Shown: in pieces, positions 19,101-28,391 of the stretch
Numbering within the stretch: the first letter of the stretch is position 1
Layout of the letters: each line of letters begins with the position of its first letter
Assembly: GCA_029068165.1 (NCBI GenBank)
Contig: JAIEDA010000018.1
Location: 74,065-138,064 of the forward strand
From: Clostridia bacterium
GTDB lineage: Bacteria; Bacillota; Clostridia; Christensenellales; UBA3700
Direction of reading: 5' to 3'
DNA length: 64,000 nt
Made by a program: the position numbers and the translations under genes
The notes under the pieces: model-generated
Seen by the model: the letters and a program-made list of their open reading frames with translations, nothing else
The model's database searches: none
What the model was told of the DNA's origin: nothing

Positions 19101-19979
19101 GGAGCATTCGATTGTTTCGGACATACGAGAGCCGCGCTTATGGCAAGCTACGAATCGCTGATACTGCTCAGTATGCACGATAAGAAGATGCAAGCCAACG
19201 GTCAAATAAGTCTATTCTCGCTCTTCGAGGACGATACTGCCGAAACGTCCGACGATATTCCGTATTTGAAAGAATATCCCGACAAACAGTTTTTGGCGCT
19301 GGAAAAAGACGCGCTCAACGTATACGTGACGGGGCATCCGCTCGACGAGTATAGAGAGGAGATAAACAAGTTCGACTTCAATATATCCAAAATATCCGAC
19401 CTATTGTCAAAGAACTTAGACGAGGACGAACTTGACGACAACGACAACCAACTTATCGCTACTTACGAAAACAAAGAAGTTATTTTCGGAGCAATGCTTT
19501 CCAAGATAGAGAAAAAGACTACGAAGAGCGGCGGAATGATGGCTTACGCTACGATTGAAGATTTGTACGGCGAAATGGAAGGCGTATTCTTCCCGAGGAC
19601 TTACGAACGCAATAGGAACTTGCTTATCAACGATAATATCGTTATGGTCAAGGGCACAATAAAGCGCAACAACGGCAAGCTTAGCCTTAACGTTTTGGAC
19701 TTGCAACCGTGGCATAAAAGTGAGAGCGCGGCAAGCGAGGATAAACCCGCCGAAGAGAGGAACGTAAACCGCAAAAAAGTCTTTATCAAAGTCGACGACA
19801 GGATCACATATAGACAGGTCTTGGAAGTAATCGAACTCTTTCCGGGTATGGACAGCGTTATATTCAAGATGTACGATTCTACTCAGCCTCAGCTTTATTG
19901 CAAAGGAGTGAATTGCAAAGAAAATTTCGTCAACCAAATCAAGGCTATAGTCGGCTCGTCGAGTATCGTCGTAAAATAA
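16149..19979 (+). CDS. dnaE: DNA polymerase III alpha subunit (DnaE type) with an 83-aa low-complexity N-terminal extension
   Basis: 1276 aa. The PHP start FVHLHVHSEYSLLDG is at residue 84. Polymerase core (PDFDIDF) and an OB-fold tail are present. GGAGGAGGAG RBS in front of ATG 16149, which overlaps the whiA stop. Confidence 0.93.
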   Translation: MEENKFENLQGGLLDGLDGLLESSKDERASKQESQAVEKENAQEKDPSQAASGKATQDKLDINSSEKEKDSPKGDAFKKYEKPFVHLHVHSEYSLLDGLARITKGKKSPLLDACVELGMPGCALTDHGNMFGAYTFYKAANARNLKPIIGCEFYTCEDMSKTDSAERNHLVLLAKNDVGYRNLVKLDSLAYIDGYYYKPRIDLKLLEQHSEGVICLSACLSGRVPRLLLSGDYEGAKAYALRLKNMFADGDFYIELQDHGLDEQKAIRADLVRLAKEIGVKMVATNDVHYVNREDYVAQDILVRINTGKTINDSTGMEMGNDQFYLKSYEEMMDIFSWCPEAVTNTVEVMEKCNIKIVKEDLYPPYTPEDGSKPEEFLRKLAYEGLEKRYPEITDEIRERAEYELSIIIRTGFAEYYLIVWDFINYARSQNIPVGPGRGSGVGSIIAYAVGITNLDPLKYKLFFERFLNPERVSAPDFDIDFCMDRRGEVIDYVIRKYGKEKVCQILALGTMKAKGAIKDVSRVYNVPLDIVNATTKLIPNAPKVTLDKVLGRDPSTKEDDLKLRNPEVIEIYETNPEMRKVIDMALKIEGLPRNCSKHAAGVVICKEVISDHVPLQRNGPDITTQFQKEEVEELGMLKMDFLGLTTLTDIDKALKYVKQNHGVDIDFDKLGYDDPQVYQLIGTGETEAVFQLESAGMKNFLKSFQPRNLEEVIAGISLYRPGPMSCIPNYLSARANPELIQYDAPQLESILDVTFGFFVYQEQVMQAVQACAGYTLGRADNLRRAMGKKKEDVMKAEKAVFIHGCPAKPEVKNKQGLVIKKAEVAVEGALKRGIPEDKAEKIFDIMADFAKYAFNKSHAAAYATLTYQTAFLKRYYMLELFAAVINNRITKSDEIAKYLAYVKNYDKKIYPPDINKSDVIFTVENDDGLRFGLGGIKNVGEAAMQALVEERRANGEYKSIGEMLRRLPAGTINKKILENLIKAGAFDCFGHTRAALMASYESLILLSMHDKKMQANGQISLFSLFEDDTAETSDDIPYLKEYPDKQFLALEKDALNVYVTGHPLDEYREEINKFDFNISKISDLLSKNLDEDELDDNDNQLIATYENKEVIFGAMLSKIEKKTTKSGGMMAYATIEDLYGEMEGVFFPRTYERNRNLLINDNIVMVKGTIKRNNGKLSLNVLDLQPWHKSESAASEDKPAEERNVNRKKVFIKVDDRITYRQVLEVIELFPGMDSVIFKMYDSTQPQLYCKGVNCKENFVNQIKAIVGSSSIVVK

Positions 19980-20081
19980 AAATTTTTGCGTTAAAATCGT
20001 AGCGTTACGGCTATTACTTTGATATAATCTTTACTGGAAGAAAAATTTTATGCGCCATTATATGGCGCGAGAGAGGAATAA

Positions 20082-21047
20082 ATGAAAAGAATAGGTGTAT
20101 TGACAAGCGGCGGCGACGCTCCGGGTATGAACGCCTGCGTAAGAGCGGTAGTACGATACGCGATTTACAACGGTCTAAACGTATACGGCATCGAAAGAGG
20201 CTACAGCGGTCTAATCAAAAACAACATTACGGAAATGAACAAACGCTCCGTTTCCGATATTATCCACAGGGGCGGTACTATTTTAAAGACCGCAAGATGT
20301 CCCGAATTTACCAAAGACGAAGTTATGCAAATTGCAGTCGACAATATGGAAGCTTACGGAATCGAAGGCTTGGTAGTCATAGGCGGCGACGGAAGTTTTA
20401 GGGGCGCGCTTGACCTTTATAAGAAGTTTGGCGTAAAAGCTATAGGTATCCCCGGTACTATTGACAACGATTTGGCTTATACCGACTATACGCTAGGGTT
20501 TGATACGAGCGTAAACACCGTGCTTTCGGCTATCAACAATCTTAGAGATACGATGACTTCGCACGAGCGAGTTTGCATAATTGAGGTTATGGGAAGAAAG
20601 TGCGGCGATATAGCGTTGTACGCGGGTATTTGCGGCGGCGCGGAAATCATTCTCGTACCCGAAGTGCCTTTTGAAATGAAAGACGTTGTAAAGAAGCTTA
20701 CGCTTAATCAAAGAGTTGGTAAAAATTCGGATATAATCGTACTTGCCGAGGGCGTATGCAAAGCCGAAGATCTCAAACAGCAGCTTAAAGACAACGGTAT
20801 AACCGCTTCTATCAAGACGACTACGCTCGGATATATCCAAAGAGGCGGCGCTCCGTCGATGTCCGATAGAGTGCTTGCGGCAAGATGCGCGGTCAAAGCG
20901 GTAGATTTGTTGATGGAGAACAAGGGCGGAAGAGTAGTCGGCGTTAAAAACAATAGAATAGTAGACGAGGACATCGAAAAAGCGTTGAGTTTGCCGAGAA
21001 CTTTCGACGACAAACTCTACAAAACCGCAATGATTCTCGGAACGTGA
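20082..21047 (+). CDS. pfkA: ATP-dependent 6-phosphofructokinase
   Basis: 321 aa. MKRIGVLTSGGDAPGMN, GGDGSFRGA and PGTIDNDL are the ATP-type signatures. Confidence 0.93.
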   Translation: MKRIGVLTSGGDAPGMNACVRAVVRYAIYNGLNVYGIERGYSGLIKNNITEMNKRSVSDIIHRGGTILKTARCPEFTKDEVMQIAVDNMEAYGIEGLVVIGGDGSFRGALDLYKKFGVKAIGIPGTIDNDLAYTDYTLGFDTSVNTVLSAINNLRDTMTSHERVCIIEVMGRKCGDIALYAGICGGAEIILVPEVPFEMKDVVKKLTLNQRVGKNSDIIVLAEGVCKAEDLKQQLKDNGITASIKTTTLGYIQRGGAPSMSDRVLAARCAVKAVDLLMENKGGRVVGVKNNRIVDEDIEKALSLPRTFDDKLYKTAMILGT

Positions 21048-21295
21048 TTTTACGTTCGGCGGAAAAGAAACTTGCGATATAAAAATGGGCTCTATCGTAC
21101 CTTTGGCGCGGGGAGCTTTTTTTATATCGCTTAGACAAAAGATTAGCTATTTTACTAAATGCAAATTACCATTTTAGACGAACAGGTTTGGGCGATTTTT
21201 ATTTTCTCTTCGCTCAAGACTATTGAATTACGCGGCAGGCTAATTCGTCGTAGTCGAAGGGGCTAATCATTATTTACGTATTGCGCTTTTATGCC

Positions 21296-22714
21296 TTACT
21301 GCGAAGCAATAAAACTCTTGACGATGGAGCTCGCGTTGGGAATACTTTCGTCGAGGCTGTTCCAAAGGTCGTCCTCGCTTGCGATGGCAAATCTATACTT
21401 TTTCGCATAAGCCGCCAAGGCTTTTACGAGGTTATCCCGTCCAAGCGCGTCTTGCGCGTACTTCCACGTAATCAGCGACTTGTTGTAAGTCAAATTCGTG
21501 TAGTAATAGTTGCTCGGAAAGTCGACGAGCCTACCGCCGAGCTTGCCTTTTGCGGGTTCTCCTACCGAGTTTTGAATATCGCAAAATCTTTGATATTGCG
21601 AATACGCGTCGGATAGCATAAGTTCGGCGTATTCTATATTGCAATGTTCTACAAAATAGAGATACGTCGAATAGTTGGTCAATCCTTCGTCTTGCCAAGC
21701 GCTGATAAGGTTGTTGCTGCCTACGGTAGAATACCACCATTGATGCGCGATTTCGTGCGCTACGACTTCTTCGTACTCAGTGTTTTTGATATCTTCGTTG
21801 ATTACGCAAAGGCTGCCGTATTCCATACCGCCCGCGACGAAAGGCATATCGGCGATCGACAGGCTGTCGTAAGCGTACTCGCCGAACATTGCGCAATAGG
21901 CGTCGAGAGCTTTTTTCGCGTACGTCAAAGTATATGGATTGGAGCCGAGATAGTTGAGCTCTACGCCTTTGTATTCTTCCGTCGTCTTTTGGAGTTCGGG
22001 CGAGATTACAAGAGCGTAATCGCGTATATTTTTCGCTTTGGCGGTTATCAGCGTTTCGCCGTCGCATTCGCTTGCCTTGCTCGTTCCTGAAGTCACGTAC
22101 TCGCAACCGTCGGGAAGATTGAACGTAACTTCGTAGTCGGCTACGTCGGAAAAGTACGGGTCGCCTATCGCCGAAAATTCGTCGTAGTACCAATCGCCGT
22201 CTACTATCGCGCACAGCTGCGGATAAAAGCCCGTCATCGTCAAGCCTCTTTCGTTGAAGCCGTAGCGCAGCGTAGTGTTGGGAAGCGTAAGCGAATAGAT
22301 AAATTCAAGAGTAAAGCTTTCTTTGGGCGTCAGAGGTTGCAAAAGATTTACCGTAATAAGATTGCTGTCGAAGTCGAAGCCGTAGCTATCAAAGTCGCCG
22401 TAAACGTCGCGAAGCTTAAATTCCCCAAAGCTTACGCCGTTGGGATACGCTTCGCTTTGCTCTTGCGACGTGCAAGGCAGCGGCTTTTTGGAGTCGAAAG
22501 CGTTGGCGTACACGTTGAGTTTTAGGTCTAGAAACTCGTATTCGGTGTTGTTTACGAAAGTAAGCTTTTGTACGCACTCAACGCCGTCGTCGGTAAAATC
22601 AAGCCAAAGCTCGTAGGTCGTGACGTCTTCGCGTTTGTCGCAAGATGCGCCCGCGAGCAAGATAGAAAGCAAAAGAGCGAGAATTAAGATAATAGTTGAA
22701 CACTTTTTTTTCAT
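21296..22714 (-). CDS. M1-family zinc metallopeptidase, probable lipoprotein
   Basis: 472 aa. HEIAHQWW...WQDEG is the gluzincin HEXXH-X18-E motif. The N-terminus MKKKCSTIILILALLLSILLAGASC looks like a signal peptide with a lipobox-like Cys. Confidence 0.8.
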   Translation of the reverse strand: MKKKCSTIILILALLLSILLAGASCDKREDVTTYELWLDFTDDGVECVQKLTFVNNTEYEFLDLKLNVYANAFDSKKPLPCTSQEQSEAYPNGVSFGEFKLRDVYGDFDSYGFDFDSNLITVNLLQPLTPKESFTLEFIYSLTLPNTTLRYGFNERGLTMTGFYPQLCAIVDGDWYYDEFSAIGDPYFSDVADYEVTFNLPDGCEYVTSGTSKASECDGETLITAKAKNIRDYALVISPELQKTTEEYKGVELNYLGSNPYTLTYAKKALDAYCAMFGEYAYDSLSIADMPFVAGGMEYGSLCVINEDIKNTEYEEVVAHEIAHQWWYSTVGSNNLISAWQDEGLTNYSTYLYFVEHCNIEYAELMLSDAYSQYQRFCDIQNSVGEPAKGKLGGRLVDFPSNYYYTNLTYNKSLITWKYAQDALGRDNLVKALAAYAKKYRFAIASEDDLWNSLDESIPNASSIVKSFIASQ

Positions 22715-22869
22715 ACGAAATAATATGCCGAGGCGAGGGGAATTATGAGCGGAGTATGCAGCGAAATTAAAAGGCTTTTTTTCTTTTGTGAAATATTTTG
22801 CTTAAATCGATAGCCAAACGATTAATATTATTATATAATTAAGCCATAATATAAACGGGAGGCAGGAAT

Positions 22870-23064
22870 ATGGCAATTACTAAGGATATGCTTATCGCCG
22901 ACGCTCTTCAACAGGAAAACGGCGAGGAAATCGCAAACGTGCTCTTAAGCATAGGAATGCATTGTTTCGGTTGCGCTATGGCGAGAGGCGAAACTATAGA
23001 AGAAGCGGCTATGGTTCACGGCGTAGACGTCGACGAATTGGTCAAAAAACTCAACGAAGTTTAA
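22870..23064 (+). CDS. DUF1858 / hybrid-cluster-protein-associated redox disulfide domain protein
   Basis: 64 aa. MAITKDMLIADAL...GMHCFGCAMARGETIEEAAMVHGVD matches the small CxxC family as I recall it. Good RBS (GGGAGG). Confidence 0.65.
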   Translation: MAITKDMLIADALQQENGEEIANVLLSIGMHCFGCAMARGETIEEAAMVHGVDVDELVKKLNEV

Positions 23065-23096
23065 TAACTTTTTTATTCGATTTAGAATATTCTAAA

Positions 23097-23123
23097 AGGA
23101 ACGCAAAACCGGCGTTCCTTTTA
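23097..23123 (+). terminator. intrinsic terminator after the DUF1858 gene
   Basis: AGGAACGC, 7-nt loop, GCGTTCCT, then TTTT. Confidence 0.75.
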
Positions 23124-23138
23124 TACTGTATAAAAAAA

Positions 23139-23167
23139 TTGACAAATATAAATTTTTAATGTACAAT
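23139..23167 (+). promoter_or_regulatory. sigma-A promoter for the paralogous membrane protein genes
   Basis: TTGACA (23139-44), 17 nt, TACAAT (23162-67). Confidence 0.55.
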
Positions 23168-23223
23168 AAATATTAGTCGCGCAGTTTTATAAAACCGTAC
23201 CGACAAAAGCTAGGGGATAAATA

Positions 23224-24027
23224 ATGGAATTTTGGTGGTTGGCTTTAATAGTGATGGCGGTAGCGATAGGCTTGGTAGTAGCGGCTTGGTCGCTGCGCAA
23301 CTATCGCAAACTGAGTATGCAAATACTCTTTAGTTTGTCGCTGTTTCTATTAGTTTTCAAGACCGTTGAATTTTCCTCGTACAGAGCGGCTGGAAAAGCG
23401 CTGTATCCCGTAGAATTTTCGCACATATCCTATTTCGTGCTGGGCGCGACTATGGTTTCGGGAGTTAAAAAATTCCGTCCGTTTGCAGGTTTGCTTTCTT
23501 TGGTGTCGGGCGCGGCTTACGTGATTGCGGCTATCGCTTCTCCCGATTCTATTCACAACGACGCGTATTCCGTATACTTTATGATCGTAAGCATTTCTCA
23601 GCACATGGTTTTGCTATTCGGCGGCGTGGTTCTTTTAAACTTGGATAAGTATCGCGTAAAAGACGTTTGGATACCTATATTGGGCGCGACGGTCATAGTT
23701 GTTTTCTCAATACTCGTTCATAATAGAATAATATACAAAGACTTTGCTAAGTGGGACGATATGATCATTATCGACATCGTTACGGGCAACATACTCAAAT
23801 ACATTATGCCTGTAGGCGATACCAAATTGGAATGGCTCAAAGGTCTTGCGATAGCAGTTATATTGATAATAGTAATAGGCGTATTCGTAGCTTATTATTT
23901 CATAAACAACAAGTTGTACGATAAGCGCGCTAAGAAAGGACTTTTGAAAGACGAAGACTACGAGCTCGGTTTGGTTGCCGTAGCAAAATATTTTGTCAAT
24001 AAGAAAAAAGCGGCGAAAATAGCTTGA
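23224..24027 (+). CDS. polytopic membrane protein, paralog A (family not identified)
   Basis: 267 aa with about 7 predicted TM segments. Colinear with the next gene, sharing the identical blocks LYPVEFSHISYFV and NRIIYKDF. Confidence 0.7.
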   Translation: MEFWWLALIVMAVAIGLVVAAWSLRNYRKLSMQILFSLSLFLLVFKTVEFSSYRAAGKALYPVEFSHISYFVLGATMVSGVKKFRPFAGLLSLVSGAAYVIAAIASPDSIHNDAYSVYFMIVSISQHMVLLFGGVVLLNLDKYRVKDVWIPILGATVIVVFSILVHNRIIYKDFAKWDDMIIIDIVTGNILKYIMPVGDTKLEWLKGLAIAVILIIVIGVFVAYYFINNKLYDKRAKKGLLKDEDYELGLVAVAKYFVNKKKAAKIA

Positions 24028-24167
24028 TTGGAATTTTTCGATATTGATGCCGTTTAGAGGTTTTAATTATCGAAGTTTTGTAAAAAGTTCTATAGGAGGC
24101 TACGTCGCGTTCGCCTTTTTCTAAAGATAAGTAAGAGATTGCTTGAATTGAGGAATAGAGGAAGAAT

Positions 24168-25016
24168 ATGAATTATTGGTGGATAGCTCTCATAGTTGCT
24201 GCAGTTGCCGCGATAGAAGCGGTAATAGCTTGGCTTATAAGAAACGATAGGAAAACGGTTATGCTAGTTATGATTACGCTAGCTTCCGTTCTACTTACCT
24301 ATAAAACGATTGAATTTGCTTACTATAGAATTGCTCGCAAAGGTTTATATCCCGTAGAGTTTTCTCATATTTCTTATTTTGTTTTTGCCGCAACTGCGTG
24401 TATGGGCGCAAAAAAGATGCGCGCTTTTGCGGGTATTTGCAGCGTGTTCGCAGGGTTCGGCTACTTGATAGGCGCGGTATTTTCTCCCAACTCAATCGTA
24501 ACCGAAGCGTCGGCAATCGTCAATATACCTATATCTATTCTTCAGCACGAAGTACTATGGTTCGTAGGCTTGCTACTGCTGTTCAACGTCGATAGATACT
24601 CCATTAAAGAAATTTGGGTATCCATTGTCGGCGTAGCGGTAATGGTAATCTTTTCGGTGCTCGTCTACAACCGAATAATTTACAAAGATTTCGTCAACAG
24701 GGATAAAATGATAATAATCAAAATCGTCACGGGAAAAATCGCCGAATATTTGACTGGCCCCGGCAACCTGTCTATGGTTTGGCAAGTGATAACGGCTGTT
24801 GCTATGGCGATTGCGTCGGCGGGACTTTTGGTATCGTTCTACTTTATCAACGAAGCGGCTTTCAAAAAGCGTGAAAAGAACGGACGCGTTATTAAACACG
24901 CCGATTACGAAGTAGGTATATTGCCGCTTATAAAATCTTTGATTGAAAAGCGTAAGAAAAAGGAGCTCGCAAGCGAAAGCGCTTCCGCCGAGCGAGAGGA
25001 AATTACCGGCGAATAG
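24168..25016 (+). CDS. polytopic membrane protein, paralog B
   Basis: 282 aa. Tandem paralog of 23224..24027, roughly 40-50 percent identical by eye, with an acidic/Lys-rich C-terminal tail. Confidence 0.7.
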   Translation: MNYWWIALIVAAVAAIEAVIAWLIRNDRKTVMLVMITLASVLLTYKTIEFAYYRIARKGLYPVEFSHISYFVFAATACMGAKKMRAFAGICSVFAGFGYLIGAVFSPNSIVTEASAIVNIPISILQHEVLWFVGLLLLFNVDRYSIKEIWVSIVGVAVMVIFSVLVYNRIIYKDFVNRDKMIIIKIVTGKIAEYLTGPGNLSMVWQVITAVAMAIASAGLLVSFYFINEAAFKKREKNGRVIKHADYEVGILPLIKSLIEKRKKKELASESASAEREEITGE

Positions 25017-25156
25017 AAAGTTGCCGTCGCATAATAGCGGCGGCTTTTTCATCGTCTTTTGCTCGGATAAAAACGAGGTCAAATCACTGTAAAATTTTTA
25101 TAAGGTTATGGACTTTGATTATGCGAGTATGTTATACTTTTCCCGTGAGGTAAGAG

Positions 25157-26377
25157 ATGAATTACAACGAATTTTCCAACGGCACTAAAATTATAGACGG
25201 CGATAATTCCATTGCCGAACTTTCCACGGTTTTGGTGGGGCTGAACGCTTCGAGAGTTTTGGTAGTCGTAGCCGAGCGACTCAGCGACGGCGGTTTCGTC
25301 GATACAATCAAAAATGCTATTGAAAAAAGCGGTCGACTAAGCGTCGGCGCGATTTATTTGGGAAACGAAGCGAGCGACGGGGAAGATATGCTCAAAGATC
25401 TTTACTTCGTCTATATGTCCAACAACTGCGACGCGATAGTTGTGTGCGGAGACGGAAAACTTATAGATTTTTCCAAGGCGCTTAAGCTTTTGGTCGCTAC
25501 TCAAATCAAGGACGTGAAAAAGTTCTATACCGTCGCCGATATTGCTAGAGAAGTGATTTATATACCTTTTATAGCGATACCGTTGGAGTTTGGTTCGGGC
25601 AGCGAAACCAATTCTACGGCGGTGGTTTTTGATAAAGAAAAAGGGGTTAGTCGCAACGTGACGAGAGGTTTGCTCTCGCCTGACTACTGTATCGTCGACG
25701 GGGAACTCATATCCGGTATGGATAAGGCAAAGACGGCTTACGGAGTTTTGGAAATCTTCGCAAGAGCGGTGGACGGATATACCGTGACCAGCGCTACGCC
25801 TATTTCGATAGAGTCGCTTGCAAAGGTTTACGACGATTATATCGAGTTGCAAACTTCGGCTATAAGCGACGGCTTTTGTCAGGTGGCTCTTACGGGTCTT
25901 AAGCCTTACGCTTTGGATTTGTTGGAAGCTCCTACGACCGCAAAATACGTAAAAATGGAAACGCGAAGCGCGTATCTCTCCAAGGGTACGGACAGTAGCG
26001 GACTGGGACTTATTCAGTGCGTGGCGCAAGCTATTGCCGACGTAAAGAAGATAGACTATTGCAAGGCGTTGCCTAAGGCAATAAAGACGGTGTTTTCCTA
26101 CAATCTCGACGCTTGCAAGGAAAGATACGCTCGCTGTTTGCTCTTTTTTGCGGGGTGGCAAATGTACTCCGATTGCCCGATTGAGAACAGGCACAACAAG
26201 TTTGTGGAAATTGCCGAAGAGTTTATCGACGCTTTGAGAGAGAAGTATATCGGCGGCGAGGAGATAGAACTGAACGACGAAGAAAAGCAAGCCGTTCTCA
26301 ACGCTATGGCGTACAACGCGAACGTACTCAACAATCCTAGAAAGTTCAACTCGATCGCTTTCAAGAGTTTGCTTTAA
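25157..26377 (+). CDS. iron-containing alcohol dehydrogenase-fold protein, divergent (motifs degenerate)
   Basis: 406 aa. The Fe-ADH layout is recognisable (GDGKLIDFSKA in place of GGGSxxDxAK, and IPLEFGSGSE in place of IPTTAGTGSE), but the D-x3-H region reads GVLEIFARAVDGY. Confidence 0.6.
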   Translation: MNYNEFSNGTKIIDGDNSIAELSTVLVGLNASRVLVVVAERLSDGGFVDTIKNAIEKSGRLSVGAIYLGNEASDGEDMLKDLYFVYMSNNCDAIVVCGDGKLIDFSKALKLLVATQIKDVKKFYTVADIAREVIYIPFIAIPLEFGSGSETNSTAVVFDKEKGVSRNVTRGLLSPDYCIVDGELISGMDKAKTAYGVLEIFARAVDGYTVTSATPISIESLAKVYDDYIELQTSAISDGFCQVALTGLKPYALDLLEAPTTAKYVKMETRSAYLSKGTDSSGLGLIQCVAQAIADVKKIDYCKALPKAIKTVFSYNLDACKERYARCLLFFAGWQMYSDCPIENRHNKFVEIAEEFIDALREKYIGGEEIELNDEEKQAVLNAMAYNANVLNNPRKFNSIAFKSLL

Positions 26378-26390
26378 GAGGTAGGTTTTT

Positions 26391-27635
26391 ATGGAATACA
26401 ATTTCGAACGCGATATAAAATTTATGGTCGGGGATAAGGCGCTTAGAAGATCCGTAAACGAAATAAACGGACTCGGTTGCAGGCGAATCCTCTTGATTTG
26501 CGACGAGATGAGCGACAGGGTAGGTCAGCTCAAGGATATGCTTAGACAATTCAACGGCGAAGTCAATATCGTGGAAAAGATAAAGCGTATCAAGGACGTG
26601 GCTACCGTCGAAGACTGCGAAAAGGCTTTGAGGGCGTTCAAAGCGAGCGAATGCGACTCCATTATCGCGCTTGGCAAAAAGAGCGCGGTCGCGGTGGCGA
26701 AAGCCGTCAAGATTATGCTTAAAGACGGCATTTCCATTATTTCCAACTACCGCAAGTTTACCGTCAACAACATCTCCGCGCTGCGTATTCCTCTTATCGT
26801 CGTGCCGACAAATCTCTCGTCGGGTGTGGAAGCGAGTAATTTCGTGCGTATTTACGACAAGGAAAACAATGATATTTTCGAGTTCAACACGTCTTTTGCG
26901 CAGACAAATTTGATTGCTGTCGATCCGATAATGACGGATACTATGCCGCCCAAGTCAATAGCTACGTCGGGATTGCACGCGCTTGCAATGGCGGTTATGA
27001 GCTTGACTTCCGACAAGGACGCCAGTCCGCTGTGCGAGGTGTATTCCGTGACGGCGATTAAATTCTTGACCGAAAACCTCAAGAAGTGCATTTTGCAAAA
27101 CAAAATTAAGACTTTTAGATTTAGAGTACTGCTCGCGTCCATCTTGGCGGGTTACGCGTATTGGCAGTCGCCTAAAGATATAGTTTCCGAACTTTCCGAT
27201 AGGATAAGCGATAGGTATCGCGCCAACTACGGCAATATCTTTTTGATACTGTTTTTAAACTATATCAAGATGCACAAATGGGACGGCGATTTCGACCCCG
27301 ATAAGCTGATAAATCTCTTGGGCGACAACGCTTATCTCATTATTCGCGACGGGGCAAACGCGCAAAGCGTCGTGGTCGACTCGGTAGACAATTACTACAG
27401 GAGATTAAAGACGTACGTCGATTACGTCGACAACTTAGAGGCGTTAGGCGCAAAGAAAGAGGATTTCGTAGATATTGCTTCTTCGGTCATAAGTATGCAC
27501 GCGGACGAAAACGAAGAATATACTTTCAGCTTTATAAGCGAGTTGCTAGAAAAGAGCTTTTCGTCGCAAACGCTTAAAAATACCGCCGCAGATAAGTCGA
27601 TTGACAAGAGCAAGGCTGTCGGAGCGAGCGAATAA
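26391..27635 (+). CDS. iron-containing alcohol dehydrogenase-fold protein, divergent paralog
   Basis: 414 aa. GKKSAVAVAKA replaces GGGSxxDxAK, VPTNLSSGVEASN replaces IPTTAGTGSE, and GLHALAMAVMSL replaces G-DAL-H-IE. Confidence 0.6.
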   Translation: MEYNFERDIKFMVGDKALRRSVNEINGLGCRRILLICDEMSDRVGQLKDMLRQFNGEVNIVEKIKRIKDVATVEDCEKALRAFKASECDSIIALGKKSAVAVAKAVKIMLKDGISIISNYRKFTVNNISALRIPLIVVPTNLSSGVEASNFVRIYDKENNDIFEFNTSFAQTNLIAVDPIMTDTMPPKSIATSGLHALAMAVMSLTSDKDASPLCEVYSVTAIKFLTENLKKCILQNKIKTFRFRVLLASILAGYAYWQSPKDIVSELSDRISDRYRANYGNIFLILFLNYIKMHKWDGDFDPDKLINLLGDNAYLIIRDGANAQSVVVDSVDNYYRRLKTYVDYVDNLEALGAKKEDFVDIASSVISMHADENEEYTFSFISELLEKSFSSQTLKNTAADKSIDKSKAVGASE

Positions 27636-27636
27636 A

Positions 27637-28254
27637 ATGTCGGCAAAACGCAACTATCAAAAGGAATTAGAAGGGATAATAGCTTCGCTTAACGGCGAGA
27701 AAAAGAGCTTGCTTATGCACGCTTGTTGCGCGCCGTGCAGCAGTTATTGCTTGGAGTATTTAAAAGATTATTTTAATATTACGCTGTTTTTTTACAATCC
27801 CAACATCACCGACGAGCAGGAATTTAATACTAGATTAGCCGAGCTTCAAAGGCTTGTCGACGAAATGAATTTGAATATAGACGTAGTTTGTCCGCCTTAT
27901 AATCCGCAAGAGTTTTTAGGAAAAACGCAAGGAATGGAGAATTGTGTTGAGGGCGGCGAGCGTTGCTCGGTGTGCTACGGCTTAAGACTTGCGAAGGCTT
28001 GCGAGTATGCGGAAAGTCGAGGCTTTGATTATTATTGTAGTACGCTTTCTATAAGTCCGTACAAAAACTGCGACAAACTCAATACGATAGGCGAAGCGCT
28101 TGCCAAAGACAAGAAGGTAAAACACCTGCCCAATGATTTCAAGAAAAGGGGAGGTTACGCTCGCTCCGTTGAGCTGTCAAAGGAGTATAAATTATATAGG
28201 CAAAGTTTTTGCGGATGTTTGTATAGTCAACGAACGGAGAATGAGCCGCTATAG
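27637..28254 (+). CDS. queH: epoxyqueuosine reductase QueH (DUF208)
   Basis: LLMHACCAPCSSY plus the later C..C and CGC cysteines are typical of QueH. I prefer ATG 27637 over the TTG at 27601 given in the ORF track, because it directly follows the upstream stop. Confidence 0.8.
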   Translation: MSAKRNYQKELEGIIASLNGEKKSLLMHACCAPCSSYCLEYLKDYFNITLFFYNPNITDEQEFNTRLAELQRLVDEMNLNIDVVCPPYNPQEFLGKTQGMENCVEGGERCSVCYGLRLAKACEYAESRGFDYYCSTLSISPYKNCDKLNTIGEALAKDKKVKHLPNDFKKRGGYARSVELSKEYKLYRQSFCGCLYSQRTENEPL

Positions 28255-28391
28255 CTATTATCGTTTTAAAGCTGATGAGATATTTCGAATTAGCTATGCT
28301 ACGCTCAATATGAAGATTTATTTTTTATCAAAACTATCCAATAGATATTTTGAGCGTAGGCTAGAAATTAAAGAATCTAATAGTTTAAGAA

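Noticed and set aside
22782-22802. TTGTGAAATATTTTGCTTAA upstream of the DUF1858 gene as a Rex operator.
   Set aside because: Only one half-site (TTGTGAA) matches the TTGTGAA-N-TTCACAA consensus, and the second half is not complementary.
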